Positions 38,243-47,542 of a DNA stretch of 64,000 nt are shown here, in pieces. A program made the translations under genes and the position numbers. Each line of letters begins with the position of its first letter. Positions within the stretch are counted from its first letter, which is position 1. Location of the stretch: contig CAZAER010000001.1 in the NCBI GenBank assembly GCA_964484195.1, positions 639,754 to 703,753 on the forward strand, written 5' to 3'. A model generated the notes under the pieces. The model worked only from the letters and a program-made list of their open reading frames with translations. It was not told where the DNA came from and did no database searches. This DNA is from an uncultured Bdellovibrionales bacterium (lineage in GTDB: Bacteria > Myxococcota > XYA12-FULL-58-9 > JALHOP01).

Positions 38243-39291
38243 AAGCCTTCGACGAGTTGCGGGCGCTCGGCATCGCGAGCACCGCGCAAGCCATTGGCCT
38301 CAGCAAGGTTGGACGTCGGGGTTATGGCCCGTGTCCGCAATGCGGCGCAGTCACGAGGCACCGCAAGCGCAAGGACAAGCGCGGCGCCATCGGGGTGACG
38401 TTGGACGGTCACGGATGGGCGTGCTTCCAGTGCGACGCTCGTGGCGACGCCGCGCGCCTCGTAAGTCACGCGATTGGCTTGCACGGTCGCACCTCGGGTG
38501 CGGATGCGAGGCGCGTGCTCGAGGCGGCTCGGAACTGGGGCTTGATCGGTGAACACCCTCGTCAGGTCCTCGCGGTGCGGCGGGAAGCGACGGAGACGAG
38601 CGGCACCTATCCCCCCGCCGACGAAATCGCGTCGCTGCTGCGCGCATGCCATGCCCTCGGCACCCCTGGCACCGAAGCTGCCGAAGCGTGGGCCAGGTCG
38701 CGCGGCCTCGAGCCGGACGCGGTGGCCGAGCTGTGCGCCGTAACGGTTCTCTCGACGGATGCGAAGCTGCCCACGTGGGCGCGTACCGGCATGCGGTCCT
38801 GGCGCGACAGCGGTCATCGTTTGGTGGTCCCGCTCTATGACGCGCACGGAGTCGTTCGCAGCGTTCGGGCTCGGGACATCACCTCCCACGCTCGAATCAA
38901 AGAGCTGACGCCAAGCGGCCACACCGTGACAGCGCTCGTCATGGCGGACCGCAAGGCCTATCGCCTCTTGAAGGACGACACCTACGACGTGGACGAAACC
39001 ATGGCTGTGCACGTGCGCCGTGTCGGAGTCGTTGTCGCCGAAGGCACGCCGGACTGGCTTACCGCTCAGCTTGCGGGCGTTACGCAGCGCGGCGCCGATG
39101 CGCCCGCAGTCTTCGGCATCTTCAGCGGCGCCTGGACTCCCGAGCACGCAGCGAAGGTTCCGAGAGGAACGCCAATCCTGATCGCCACGGACCGAGACAA
39201 CCAAGGCGAAGCCTACGCGGCCAATATCGCCAGCACCTTCAGCGGACGATGCCCCTGTCGCCGTTGGCAACCGAAGTCGAGAAACGCATGA
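38239..39291 (+). CDS. DNA primase (CHC2 zinc finger plus Toprim), phage/P4 type
   Basis: Zinc finger CPQCGAVTRH...HGWACFQCDARGD. Toprim acidic motifs (VVVAEGTPDW...ILIATDRDNQGE). ATGA overlap with alpA. Confidence 0.8.
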   Translation: MKAFDELRALGIASTAQAIGLSKVGRRGYGPCPQCGAVTRHRKRKDKRGAIGVTLDGHGWACFQCDARGDAARLVSHAIGLHGRTSGADARRVLEAARNWGLIGEHPRQVLAVRREATETSGTYPPADEIASLLRACHALGTPGTEAAEAWARSRGLEPDAVAELCAVTVLSTDAKLPTWARTGMRSWRDSGHRLVVPLYDAHGVVRSVRARDITSHARIKELTPSGHTVTALVMADRKAYRLLKDDTYDVDETMAVHVRRVGVVVAEGTPDWLTAQLAGVTQRGADAPAVFGIFSGAWTPEHAAKVPRGTPILIATDRDNQGEAYAANIASTFSGRCPCRRWQPKSRNA

Positions 39292-40895
39292 GCGCAGTAG
39301 CGGACTTGAATAGTGTCGGCGTCAACGGCTTTCGCCTCGACGAATCCGAGCCGATCGACGACTCCACAGAATGGGAAATGCCGACCCCGTTTGGTGAGTA
39401 CGACGTGCCGGCGTTTCCCGACATCGAGGCGCCGACGCTCATGGCATTCGCGCGCGCGGTAGCAACGGCGACGCAGACGCCGGTCGATGCGGCGGCCCTG
39501 TTTGGACTGTCCGCAGTTGCCGCAGCGGTTGGCACGAAGGCGCGCATCGAGGCGCGCACGGGCTGGAGCGAACCGTTCTGCGTATTCGTCGCGGTCGCGC
39601 TCCCGCCAGGTAACCGCAAGAGCGCCGTGTTCAGCGAGGTGATCGCACCTCTGGGAGCCTGGGAGCGTCGCGAGGCTGAACGGTTGGCTCCGGCAATCGC
39701 GGCGCAGAAGTCGAAGCGCGCGGTGCTCGAGGCGCGTCACGAGAAGCTGGTGAAGGATGCCGCCAAGGCCGATGACATGGCCCAGCGCGGTGAGCTTCAG
39801 AGTCAGGCCGAACAGGTCGCCGCAGAGCTGGCGCTGACGCCGCTCATTGGAGCACCACAGATCACCGCCGACGACGCGACGCCCGAGGCGCTCGCGGCGC
39901 TTATGGCGATGAATCAAGGCAGCGTTGCCGTCATGTCCGCCGAGGGCGCGGGGCCGTTCGCCCTCATGGCGGGTCGCTACGACAAGAACGGCGCGCCAAA
40001 CTTCGAGCTGTATCTGAAGGGACACGCTGGCGATGCCGTGAAAGTTAACCGGCGCAACGCCGAGCCGATCAACCTGCCGCGACCCGCGCTCACGATGGCG
40101 ATCGCCGTTCAGCCGGATGTGTTGCGCGCGATGGCGGACATCCCTGGCGCCCGTGCCCGCGGCCTTGCGGCTCGCTTTCTCTACTCGCTTCCCGCGAGCA
40201 CCGTCGGTTACCGCGACTGCAACCCTCCCCCGGTGTCCGACAGCGTCCGGCGCTCGTGGAATACCGCGCTCGAAGCGCTGCTCAACCTCGAACACCGCCA
40301 AGACGGAGAGCCGCATGTCGTGCGTCTGTCGGCGGCAGCGGATGCTATCCTGCTCGCCTACCAACAGGAGCTTGAGCCGACGATGCGAAGCACCGGCGCC
40401 CTGTGCGCCATCGCCGACTGGGCGGGGAAAGCGGCGGGTCTCGCGGTCCGCCTGGCTGGGCTGATCCATGCGGTGAAGTATGCCGACAAGATGGCTGCTA
40501 CGTTGGTCGATGCCGGGACAATGAAAGCCGGCGTCGACGTCGCTCGCTACGCTACGGCGCACGCCATCGCGGCGTATGGCGAGATGGGACAGGACCCCGC
40601 CAATGCAGATGCGCGTTGGCTGCTCGAGTACCTCTCGCGCTGGGGGCGCTCGTCCTTCTCGGCTCGAGACCTGTTTTCGAGCTTGCCGCGAGGAAGGTTC
40701 AAGAAGGCAGACGACCTGCGCGGCGCACTCGCCGTTCTCGAGGACCGGGGCTTCGTGCGTGCGCGCGTATCGATGGAACGACTTGGGCCCGGACGTCCCC
40801 GCAGCCCTGTCTATGACGTTCACCCAAGCCTCCTTTCTGCGGCTTCTGCGGATTCTGCGCGTGGAGATCAGCACAGACGGGAAGCGTTTACGTGA
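39288..40895 (+). CDS. DUF3987-like protein, the usual partner of P4-type primases (replication-associated)
   Basis: Its size and position immediately downstream of the primase, with ATGA coupling, are typical of alpA-primase-DUF3987 modules in integrative elements. Confidence 0.55.
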   Translation: MSAVADLNSVGVNGFRLDESEPIDDSTEWEMPTPFGEYDVPAFPDIEAPTLMAFARAVATATQTPVDAAALFGLSAVAAAVGTKARIEARTGWSEPFCVFVAVALPPGNRKSAVFSEVIAPLGAWERREAERLAPAIAAQKSKRAVLEARHEKLVKDAAKADDMAQRGELQSQAEQVAAELALTPLIGAPQITADDATPEALAALMAMNQGSVAVMSAEGAGPFALMAGRYDKNGAPNFELYLKGHAGDAVKVNRRNAEPINLPRPALTMAIAVQPDVLRAMADIPGARARGLAARFLYSLPASTVGYRDCNPPPVSDSVRRSWNTALEALLNLEHRQDGEPHVVRLSAAADAILLAYQQELEPTMRSTGALCAIADWAGKAAGLAVRLAGLIHAVKYADKMAATLVDAGTMKAGVDVARYATAHAIAAYGEMGQDPANADARWLLEYLSRWGRSSFSARDLFSSLPRGRFKKADDLRGALAVLEDRGFVRARVSMERLGPGRPRSPVYDVHPSLLSAASADSARGDQHRREAFT

Positions 40896-41572
40896 GCGGC
40901 TCATCGAAGCGCAGCAGGAAGCGGAACGCACCAGGTGAGAGCGGCGCTCCTCCGAAGTCTCGGACCCTGACGGTACCCGGCCATGGTGACGTCTCTCGCG
41001 ACCGGGCTATCGCGCTGATCGCGACGTCGCCCTCAACCACCGCCGCAACACTCAGCGTCGACTATTCACGCGCCACCTTCGGCGAGTTGTCACTCACCGA
41101 TACCATGGCCGTGCTCTCGGAGACGCTCAAGGCTGTGCGGCAAGGCAGCCTCGCGGAAGTCGAAAACATCCTCATGGCGCAGGCCGTCGCGCTGAACTCG
41201 ATCTTCACCGACCTGAGCGTGCGTGCGGCTCGCGCCGAGTACGTCGACGGCATGGAGCGCTACCTGCGGCTGGGCCTCAAAGCGCAAGGTCAATGCCGGG
41301 CCACGCTCGAGACGCTGGCGGCAATCAAAAATCCCCCACTCGTCGTCACCCGCCAGGCAAACATCTCGAATGGCCCGCAGCAGGTTAACAATGGCGTGAC
41401 AGCCCAGGTGGCGCCGTCGCGCGCGGAGGGATCGGAAACTGCGCCAAACGAACTATTGGGAGAACGCTATGGCGAATGGCTGGACAGCGGAACGGAAAGC
41501 GCGACAGCGCGAAGCGATTCGTCAATGGCGCCCTTGGGAGAAGTCGACGGGGCCACGAAGCGACCCAGGTAA
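40892..41572 (+). CDS. hypothetical protein
   Basis: ATGA-coupled to the upstream gene. Composition is moderately protein-like. The 3' end is uncertain because an alternative frame (41469..41693) encodes a basic Arg/Lys-rich peptide. Confidence 0.35.
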   Translation: MSGSSKRSRKRNAPGESGAPPKSRTLTVPGHGDVSRDRAIALIATSPSTTAATLSVDYSRATFGELSLTDTMAVLSETLKAVRQGSLAEVENILMAQAVALNSIFTDLSVRAARAEYVDGMERYLRLGLKAQGQCRATLETLAAIKNPPLVVTRQANISNGPQQVNNGVTAQVAPSRAEGSETAPNELLGERYGEWLDSGTESATARSDSSMAPLGEVDGATKRPR

Positions 41573-41742
41573 GGCCACCGCTTCTCGCAATGCTGATCGC
41601 GGAGGACAGCGTAAGCTGGCGCGCGAGCAACTCCGGGCCCTCCGCGAATTGCTGCGTGAATGGGAGCGCACAGGCTCGCTCCAGCGAAGATGACGCCACC
41701 CTGGACTTTTCGCTAAAACGGATGCTCGAAGGAGGTGGCTCT

Positions 41743-41964
41743 ATGAACATCGACGAGAGCAGAACCCTGGTCGTGGGCGACGTGATCGTGATCGAGGATT
41801 CACGGCGTCATGAAGCACCTGCGGGGATGCAAGAGCTTATTTGGCTGGAGCCAAGCACCGAAGCCGCGGTCCAGAAGGTGAAAAGCCTCGACGGCAGCCT
41901 GACGACGATCACCGACATTCAACTTCTCGCGTACCGTAAGACCGGGAAACGTAAACAGATCTAG
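41743..41964 (+). CDS. small hypothetical protein of 73 aa, in low-GC DNA
   Basis: Strong Shine-Dalgarno GAAGGAGGTG 7 nt upstream of ATG 41743. MNIDESRTLVVGDVIVIEDSRRHEAPAGMQELIWLEPSTE... It is the first gene of the low-GC cassette. Confidence 0.45.
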   Translation: MNIDESRTLVVGDVIVIEDSRRHEAPAGMQELIWLEPSTEAAVQKVKSLDGSLTTITDIQLLAYRKTGKRKQI

Positions 41965-42132
41965 GTGAGGTCGCGTCACCGTGACGCAATTTATCAACCC
42001 GCCAGTTCGCGGTCGTGGTACGAAAACTCATCCGTGCTGTCGCACGGTGCGTCTCCTCCTCGAGGGTCGGCGCGTCACGATGAGCGTGCTCAGACGAGCA
42101 CACGGACCTGTTGGTCCAAAAAGGAATTTCTT

Positions 42133-43308
42133 ATGCGTATCCAGAAGTACGATTTTGCCTGCCTTAAGTCCTGCCGTTCCTTTCGCCTCGGAAACAAAGA
42201 ACTTTGGACCCTGACGGTTCGGTTGAAAGACCTGCCGAGGACGTTCACCTACGGTCCGAACGCGCGATTCGCCAGCCTGGACAAGAAGCCCGCGAAAGAG
42301 ATGCTCGCAACCCTGGCGAGTGATCCTGAAGCGTTCGTGTTGAACAACAACGGGATCATGCTCGTGGCAGAGAGCCTTCGCGCCGAGAGTGACTCGGTCG
42401 AACTCGTGTGCCACGAGGCCGAGACCGACGAAGAGATGCCCGGCCACGGCATCCTCAATGGCGGACACACGTACAAGGCGCTACAGGAAGCGCTCGCCAA
42501 CCCCAGCGAATACCCGCGCGCGGCCGACGAAGCCGTCGTCGTCGTCACAGTCGGCCTTGGCATCGGCAAGGATGACCGGGAGGAGATCTCTCGCATCTCC
42601 AAAGCGCGAAACACCTCAGAGAAAGTGCCGTTGCACGCACTGCGGGAACTCAACGGCGATTGGTCCGATCTGAAGCGGTACCTTCCCGAGGAGGCGAGGC
42701 CGCTCGTCGCGTTCAAGCCGGGCGAGAATCCCGAGGCCGAATTCGACGTTACCGATGTCGTGCGTCGCCTTGCGCTCTTCAATAACAGACTGTTCCCGGC
42801 GCAAGAGAGTGCGCATCCCGTTGCCGCGTACACGTCGATCGGGTCACTGGTGAAGAAGTACGACCAGAAGCATTTCTTCGACGTGGCGCCGCTGTTGCCG
42901 GATATCCTGCGGCTCGAGGAGCTTGTCGTTCAGTATTACGAATCGAGCAGCGGGCAGAAGGCGCGCGACCAAGCCAAGCTCGGCGTGATCACCAAATTGT
43001 CGGGCAATAGCCCCCAGCCGATGACATTGCTCAGCGGCTATCGCAGCTCGATGACGCTCGCCGACCCCTATGTTCTGCCGGTGGTCGCTGCCTTCCGCGT
43101 GTTCGTCCTCGACGGTGCTTGGAAGGCGGACATGGCGACTCTCTGGGACAAGTACGGTGCTCGTGTCGTCGGCGCCTTGCTGGATGCCTACAAGGAGCAA
43201 GGCAAGTCGAGCGCGGCTGTGTTCGGTCGCTCGAAGGGCTCGTGGGCTGCGGCCTGCGAACTGACCAAGGCCGTTGCCATCCAAGAAGGGTTCATTCGCA
43301 TCGGCTGA
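42133..43308 (+). CDS. Abi-like protein, a candidate AIPR-type abortive-infection protein
   Basis: MRIQKYDF... with a GILNGGHT motif reminiscent of the (I/V)xNGxQT motif I associate with AIPR-family phage-resistance proteins, recalled from memory and unverified. GC is markedly low, around 45-55% in sampled lines. Sits in the island's accessory end next to a HEPN-motif gene. Confidence 0.55.
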   Translation: MRIQKYDFACLKSCRSFRLGNKELWTLTVRLKDLPRTFTYGPNARFASLDKKPAKEMLATLASDPEAFVLNNNGIMLVAESLRAESDSVELVCHEAETDEEMPGHGILNGGHTYKALQEALANPSEYPRAADEAVVVVTVGLGIGKDDREEISRISKARNTSEKVPLHALRELNGDWSDLKRYLPEEARPLVAFKPGENPEAEFDVTDVVRRLALFNNRLFPAQESAHPVAAYTSIGSLVKKYDQKHFFDVAPLLPDILRLEELVVQYYESSSGQKARDQAKLGVITKLSGNSPQPMTLLSGYRSSMTLADPYVLPVVAAFRVFVLDGAWKADMATLWDKYGARVVGALLDAYKEQGKSSAAVFGRSKGSWAAACELTKAVAIQEGFIRIG

Positions 43309-43377
43309 AAGGACGAACGTGCCTGCCTGCGTCCGCAACGGCTCAGGCATGCCGTGTGTCTGCTATAGCGACAAGGC

Positions 43378-44034
43378 TTGGGAGCAATGGACCAGGAAAA
43401 GGCCAGCACCGGGGACACAGTAGCGCGTGGCACGCAGGCGGGAGCCTTTAAGGCGTTCGCGGCCAACATCAAGCGGGCCCGCGCATTCATCAGAATCTTT
43501 CACGGTGCAGAAGGACGAGAACGCGGGCAGCCGACGAAGGACGAGAAGGAACTTCTGCGCGGAGCGATCGTCTTCGCGGTGGGCGCACTGGACGCTTACT
43601 TGCACGACGTCGTGCTAGAGATCGTGCCTCGCTTCGGTCCCGAGGGAAAGTCGTTGCAGGAGGGCCTCAAGCAGATCGCCAAGGAAGACCCTGGGCTCGC
43701 TCTCCGGGTCGCTCTCGCGGCAACAAGCGAGGACGCGAAGGACGTTTTTCGCGGTGCGCTCAGCGCCTGGCTCGATGAGAAGTCGTTCCAAGGCCCGGAA
43801 GCTGTCGTTCGTGTCCTAGGCTACCTGGGACTCGAAACGAAGGGGGGCGTCGACGCCCTGGTCGAGGAGGGTGCGTCGGCGCGGCTGCAATCGTTGACGG
43901 AGCAGCGCCACAACGTGGTCCATAGAGCTACGAGCGATCGGATCACCAGGGACGACGCAACCAACGCCGTAGACCTTGTCGAGTCCGTCGCGTCGGCAGT
44001 GAACGCATTGGTCAAGTCGAAGTATGACACCTAA
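43378..44034 (+). CDS. HEPN-domain protein (putative RNase effector or partner)
   Basis: C-terminal Rx4H motif (EQRHNVVHRATSDR) in an all-helical protein of about 215 aa. Confidence 0.5.
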   Translation: MGAMDQEKASTGDTVARGTQAGAFKAFAANIKRARAFIRIFHGAEGRERGQPTKDEKELLRGAIVFAVGALDAYLHDVVLEIVPRFGPEGKSLQEGLKQIAKEDPGLALRVALAATSEDAKDVFRGALSAWLDEKSFQGPEAVVRVLGYLGLETKGGVDALVEEGASARLQSLTEQRHNVVHRATSDRITRDDATNAVDLVESVASAVNALVKSKYDT

Positions 44035-44179
44035 CCCCCTCGCCGAGGGACTCGTCGATGGCTCCGCGGCTTGCCTCGTGACGCGTGCTGTGTTTTAGCG
44101 GACGCCCTAGGCTGTGGCGTATCGGTTCGCACGATTGTGAATCACTTGGTGCCGCGGACTTGCAGTTGGCTCGAACCCG

Positions 44180-44983
44180 TTGGAGGAGCCCGTGGCGGAC
44201 ACCGAAGCACGAACGGCCGCAAAGCTCGATCTTGGGCGAACGGCCATCGTCGCGCTGAGCGCGGACTACGAAGACCGCATTGACGACTTACGAGCGGCCG
44301 AGGGCAAGGGCCAAAACATTCTCGCATTGTGCGGCGCCCTCGTTGCGGTGTGCTTCGCCATGCTGAGCGCGGACGCCGATCTGCCAATCTTCGATGCGAC
44401 AGGCTTGACGCTCGTCTTTGCAATCGTGGTTGCGCTGGTCGGTGCTGGTGGTCTGGCTACATCTACGTTCCAACCTCGAGCGTTTCCGAGCCGGCCCAAT
44501 GCGGGTGAATTGCTTCGGCTTGCCAGGGAGCTTCAGTCGTCCGGCGAGCCGGAGGAGCTTTCGAACCTTCTCTTTGACTACGCGATCCAATGGCCGAAAC
44601 AGCTCGAGGCCTTGCAGGAGGTTGTCAGGGCCAAGTCGACCGCTCTCGTCAGGGCACAGCGATGCCTATTGTTCGCAGTATTGTTGGGGGTCGGTCTTTT
44701 CGTCCGGACGGCGATAACAATCGCGATGGGGAAGGTGCATGGCGAAATGCATGAAACGGCAATGTACGGAGCCACGGATGAGCGGCAGCCTTCATTGTGC
44801 GCTTCATCAGGATTGGGAAATGGGCGGGCCGCGCTACCGAACAGACGCGAGTGCGAAGGACCCGTGGGGGCCGCTCCTGAACGAAACGTGGGTGGGAACC
44901 GGCAAGAAGAAGGCGAAGAAAAGCAGCCGCCGCAGCAAGCAGGTCAAGCTCGCAACGAAGAGCGCCAAGCATGCGGCTGGTGA
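44180..44983 (+). CDS. hypothetical membrane protein with three predicted transmembrane helices
   Basis: Hydrophobic helices ILALCGALVAVCFAML, LTLVFAIVVALVGAGGLA, LLFAVLLGVGLFV. The C-terminal 80 aa of the ORF look non-coding, so the true end may be near 44750. Confidence 0.4.
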   Translation: MEEPVADTEARTAAKLDLGRTAIVALSADYEDRIDDLRAAEGKGQNILALCGALVAVCFAMLSADADLPIFDATGLTLVFAIVVALVGAGGLATSTFQPRAFPSRPNAGELLRLARELQSSGEPEELSNLLFDYAIQWPKQLEALQEVVRAKSTALVRAQRCLLFAVLLGVGLFVRTAITIAMGKVHGEMHETAMYGATDERQPSLCASSGLGNGRAALPNRRECEGPVGAAPERNVGGNRQEEGEEKQPPQQAGQARNEERQACGW

Positions 44984-45035
44984 CAAGGTGAAGTCGGAAC
45001 GGTCGATTCCCAAGCCACCTCGCCGCAAGCGATAG
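44739..45035 (+). CDS. small Cys/His-containing basic protein, hypothetical
   Basis: MAKCMKRQCTEP...SLHCALHQDW followed by a Lys/Arg-rich tail. Alternative frame overlapping the end of the preceding ORF. Ends 75 bp before attR. Confidence 0.25.
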   Translation: MAKCMKRQCTEPRMSGSLHCALHQDWEMGGPRYRTDASAKDPWGPLLNETWVGTGKKKAKKSSRRSKQVKLATKSAKHAAGDKVKSERSIPKPPRRKR

Positions 45036-45110
45036 ATCTGTCCCGTGACGGTAACTATGACGGTAGCCGCATCGACGCGGCGCCAAGAATCGCCCTGAGA
45101 ACAGGTCGTT

Positions 45111-45133
45111 AACAGGGCCTTTCGATTCCTGTC
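45111..45133 (+). repeat. attR core, a duplicated 3' fragment of the tRNA
   Basis: Identical 23-mer with no upstream tRNA body. Confidence 0.8.
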
Positions 45134-45250
45134 GGGGGCACCACAAACCAGTCCGAGGAAGTCGAACACAGCCCGAAGTCGCACGGAAACGCAGGATACT
45201 GGGCGACTTGAGCGTGCGACGACGCACAATCCGCAAAACGGAGTGGGCGT

Positions 45251-46351
45251 CTACTCCAAGAGGTCCATGACAAGCCGAGTTAGCGCAGCCGTCTTCGCTG
45301 CAATGCGCGGGTCGGCGTACCAATGGTCGAGGCCGACATCGACGATGACGCGGCTGCCCGGCAATAGCTCGTCGGTGAGCAACGTCACACCGTCGTTGGG
45401 GCCGTAGGCTTGCATGGCAGCGTATGAGCCCTGGACCGGACGCGTAACCGTTCCCGACAGCGGCACGGCAACGTAGTGTAGCACCGTAACGTGCGCAGGC
45501 AGCGAGGCCTCGGCAAAACGCGTCGCGCTTGTCGACGTCGAGAGGCTCGCTACCATGTCGCAGGAAAAATCTCCCCACCACCCTGCGACGCCAGTGAGCC
45601 ACGAGCGCGGCGGCGTAAGATGTAGGTCGGCGAGACGCGATCCCCGCAGGACACCGCCGATGCTCACCCAAGCGCGCACCCGTTGTGCCGCAAGCGGATT
45701 GATGAGTTTTCCGAGGGCATAGTGAACCTCAGGCCCTCCCTTGCTCGCGCTCACGAAGATCAGACGCCTGCGGTCATCGCGCCACCCGATGACGAAGTCT
45801 GCAATTCGCCGAGCATTGGCTTCCACGGTGTCCGCTTCCGCGGTCGCGACGCGCGCCGTCGCAATCCCGAGCGAGCGCACGAGCTGTTCGGCATCGCGCA
45901 GGTCTCCTTTCGTCTCGGGTTTGCTTTCGTAGAACAAGCCCGGAACGAAGACGATGACATACGACGCCGCGGTTGCTGCCGCTGGCGGCGGGTCGCTCGA
46001 GTAGTCGAGGAAGCGCTGCTTGATCTCCCGATGCTCCCGCGTCAGGCGTTCTGCGAAATAGAGCGCCGCGAAGTCGTTCGAGCTGCTGCGGGCAAGCTCG
46101 ACCAGCGCATCGGTCGACAAGGGGCGTTCTTCGAGCGGCGTAAGCAGTGCGTCGATGGCAGTGTCGAGCGCTGCGCCGGAGGTGCGACCGGTGAGATACG
46201 AGCTGAGGTAGTGGGCAGCGAGCTGGGAATCGACAGACGCCGTTACCTCCTCGAGCCCGACGACCCCACGGGCAAGGAACTGCGGCTGGCTCGAGGCACA
46301 AGCGAGCAGGCCCGAGATGATGAGTAAGAGAACGACCGAGCGAGAATGCAT
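45251..46351 (-). CDS. lipoprotein, probably alpha/beta-hydrolase-like
   Basis: Lipobox LLACAS after MHSRSVVLLLIISG. Confidence 0.5.
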   Translation of the reverse strand: MHSRSVVLLLIISGLLACASSQPQFLARGVVGLEEVTASVDSQLAAHYLSSYLTGRTSGAALDTAIDALLTPLEERPLSTDALVELARSSSNDFAALYFAERLTREHREIKQRFLDYSSDPPPAAATAASYVIVFVPGLFYESKPETKGDLRDAEQLVRSLGIATARVATAEADTVEANARRIADFVIGWRDDRRRLIFVSASKGGPEVHYALGKLINPLAAQRVRAWVSIGGVLRGSRLADLHLTPPRSWLTGVAGWWGDFSCDMVASLSTSTSATRFAEASLPAHVTVLHYVAVPLSGTVTRPVQGSYAAMQAYGPNDGVTLLTDELLPGSRVIVDVGLDHWYADPRIAAKTAALTRLVMDLLE

Positions 46352-46428
46352 GCTGGCTCCGATAGAGAACCGAGCTTGCACCGCCTCCGTCATCGCTCGC
46401 TCCGCGAAGCCGAAAAAACGCTCCTCAA

Positions 46429-47478
46429 TTATGAAATGATCTTGGAGTCCGCAGGCTTAGCGTCCGCGTGGCGCAGCCGATACTCGGTCGGAGTGACCCC
46501 AGTGACATCCTTGAACGCCCGGTTGAAGGTAGCGAGCGAGCCGTAACCGACGTCGAAGCTCAGCTCGAGAATCGACAGCTTCGGTCCTTCGCGGACGAGC
46601 CGGTCACACGCCTCGCGGATGCGGTGTTGGTGTAAGAAGTCGTTGTAGTTCCGAAATCCGAGCTGGCCGTTCAGCAAACGACGTAGCTTGTATTCCTGCG
46701 TGCCGAGGGTGCGCGCGAGCTGCTTGATGCTCTGGCCCGGTATCAAAAAACCGCGACGCGCGATCCATGCATCCAGCTCCGCGAGCAAAGGGTCGGCGGG
46801 CGGATTGACGACGAGCTGCGCCCCGCCAAACAGGGTATCGCCGCGACTAATAACGAGCGCCGCGGCAATCAGCACAACGATGGTCAGCAGCGAAACATGC
46901 AACCGTTGGAGCGCGACGGGAGCTGACTCGCCACGCAGCGCGACTTCGACGACTGTCACAACCGCTGCGTAGACGGCGATTGCGCTAACGAGGCGGCTGC
47001 GCAGACGTCTGCGCGGCTCGACCAAGTCAGCCCGGCCCTCTCGCAGCGCTTCGAGGATGGCAAAGAACAAGAAACCGAGGGCGACGCCGCGAGGAACGAG
47101 GCGCGCGAGCCCAATCTCTGCGCCGTCGCCTACGAGAATCACAGGTGTGCCGTAGGAAAACGCCACCCCGATCATGACCGCTAACGCGATGGCGCCCCAG
47201 TGCACGCACGTGATGTTGGCACGCTCTCGGAACAGCCCGCGCGCTACCAACCAGATCAACGGTGGGTTTGCGGTCGCCAACGTGATGGCCACGACGGACA
47301 ATACGCTATTGCGATCATGGGCTACCGCGTACGGAGCCAGGAGGTAGCCGAGCAGGCCGCAGCACAACAGCATTGCAGGGTAGCTCGCCACATGCCGCCG
47401 ATAGCACGCAGCCACGCGCAGCGCGGTCGCGACCAACGCGATGGCGGCGACGCACCGGAGCACGAGCTCAAACCCCAT
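46429..47478 (-). CDS. membrane-bound AraC-family transcriptional regulator
   Basis: Multi-span transmembrane N-terminal domain. C-terminal AraC HTH (...LSILELSFDVGYGSLATFNRAFKDVTGVTPTEYR). Confidence 0.7.
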   Translation of the reverse strand: MGFELVLRCVAAIALVATALRVAACYRRHVASYPAMLLCCGLLGYLLAPYAVAHDRNSVLSVVAITLATANPPLIWLVARGLFRERANITCVHWGAIALAVMIGVAFSYGTPVILVGDGAEIGLARLVPRGVALGFLFFAILEALREGRADLVEPRRRLRSRLVSAIAVYAAVVTVVEVALRGESAPVALQRLHVSLLTIVVLIAAALVISRGDTLFGGAQLVVNPPADPLLAELDAWIARRGFLIPGQSIKQLARTLGTQEYKLRRLLNGQLGFRNYNDFLHQHRIREACDRLVREGPKLSILELSFDVGYGSLATFNRAFKDVTGVTPTEYRLRHADAKPADSKIIS

Positions 47479-47542
47479 GACGTGGCGTGTATGACCGGGC
47501 ACATTTTCGAGCAAGCTTCTAGAGTCCTTAGCTCGGGAGCCA

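Larger units (their letters stand above)
32678..45133 (+). mobile_element. integrative genomic island, P4-like or satellite-like, inserted at the 3' end of tRNA-Arg
   Basis: Bounded by the 23-bp direct repeat TTCGATTCCTGTCGGGGGCACCA (32678-32700 and 45111-45133). Contains a P4-type integrase, AlpA, a primase and a DUF3987-like protein. Internal segments have lower GC. Confidence 0.8.

Noticed and set aside
41469-41693. 74-codon basic ORF overlapping the 3' end of the 40892-41572 ORF
   Set aside because: It is in competition with the upstream-coupled frame. I cannot tell from sequence alone which frame is translated. It is mentioned under feature 40892-41572 but not called separately.
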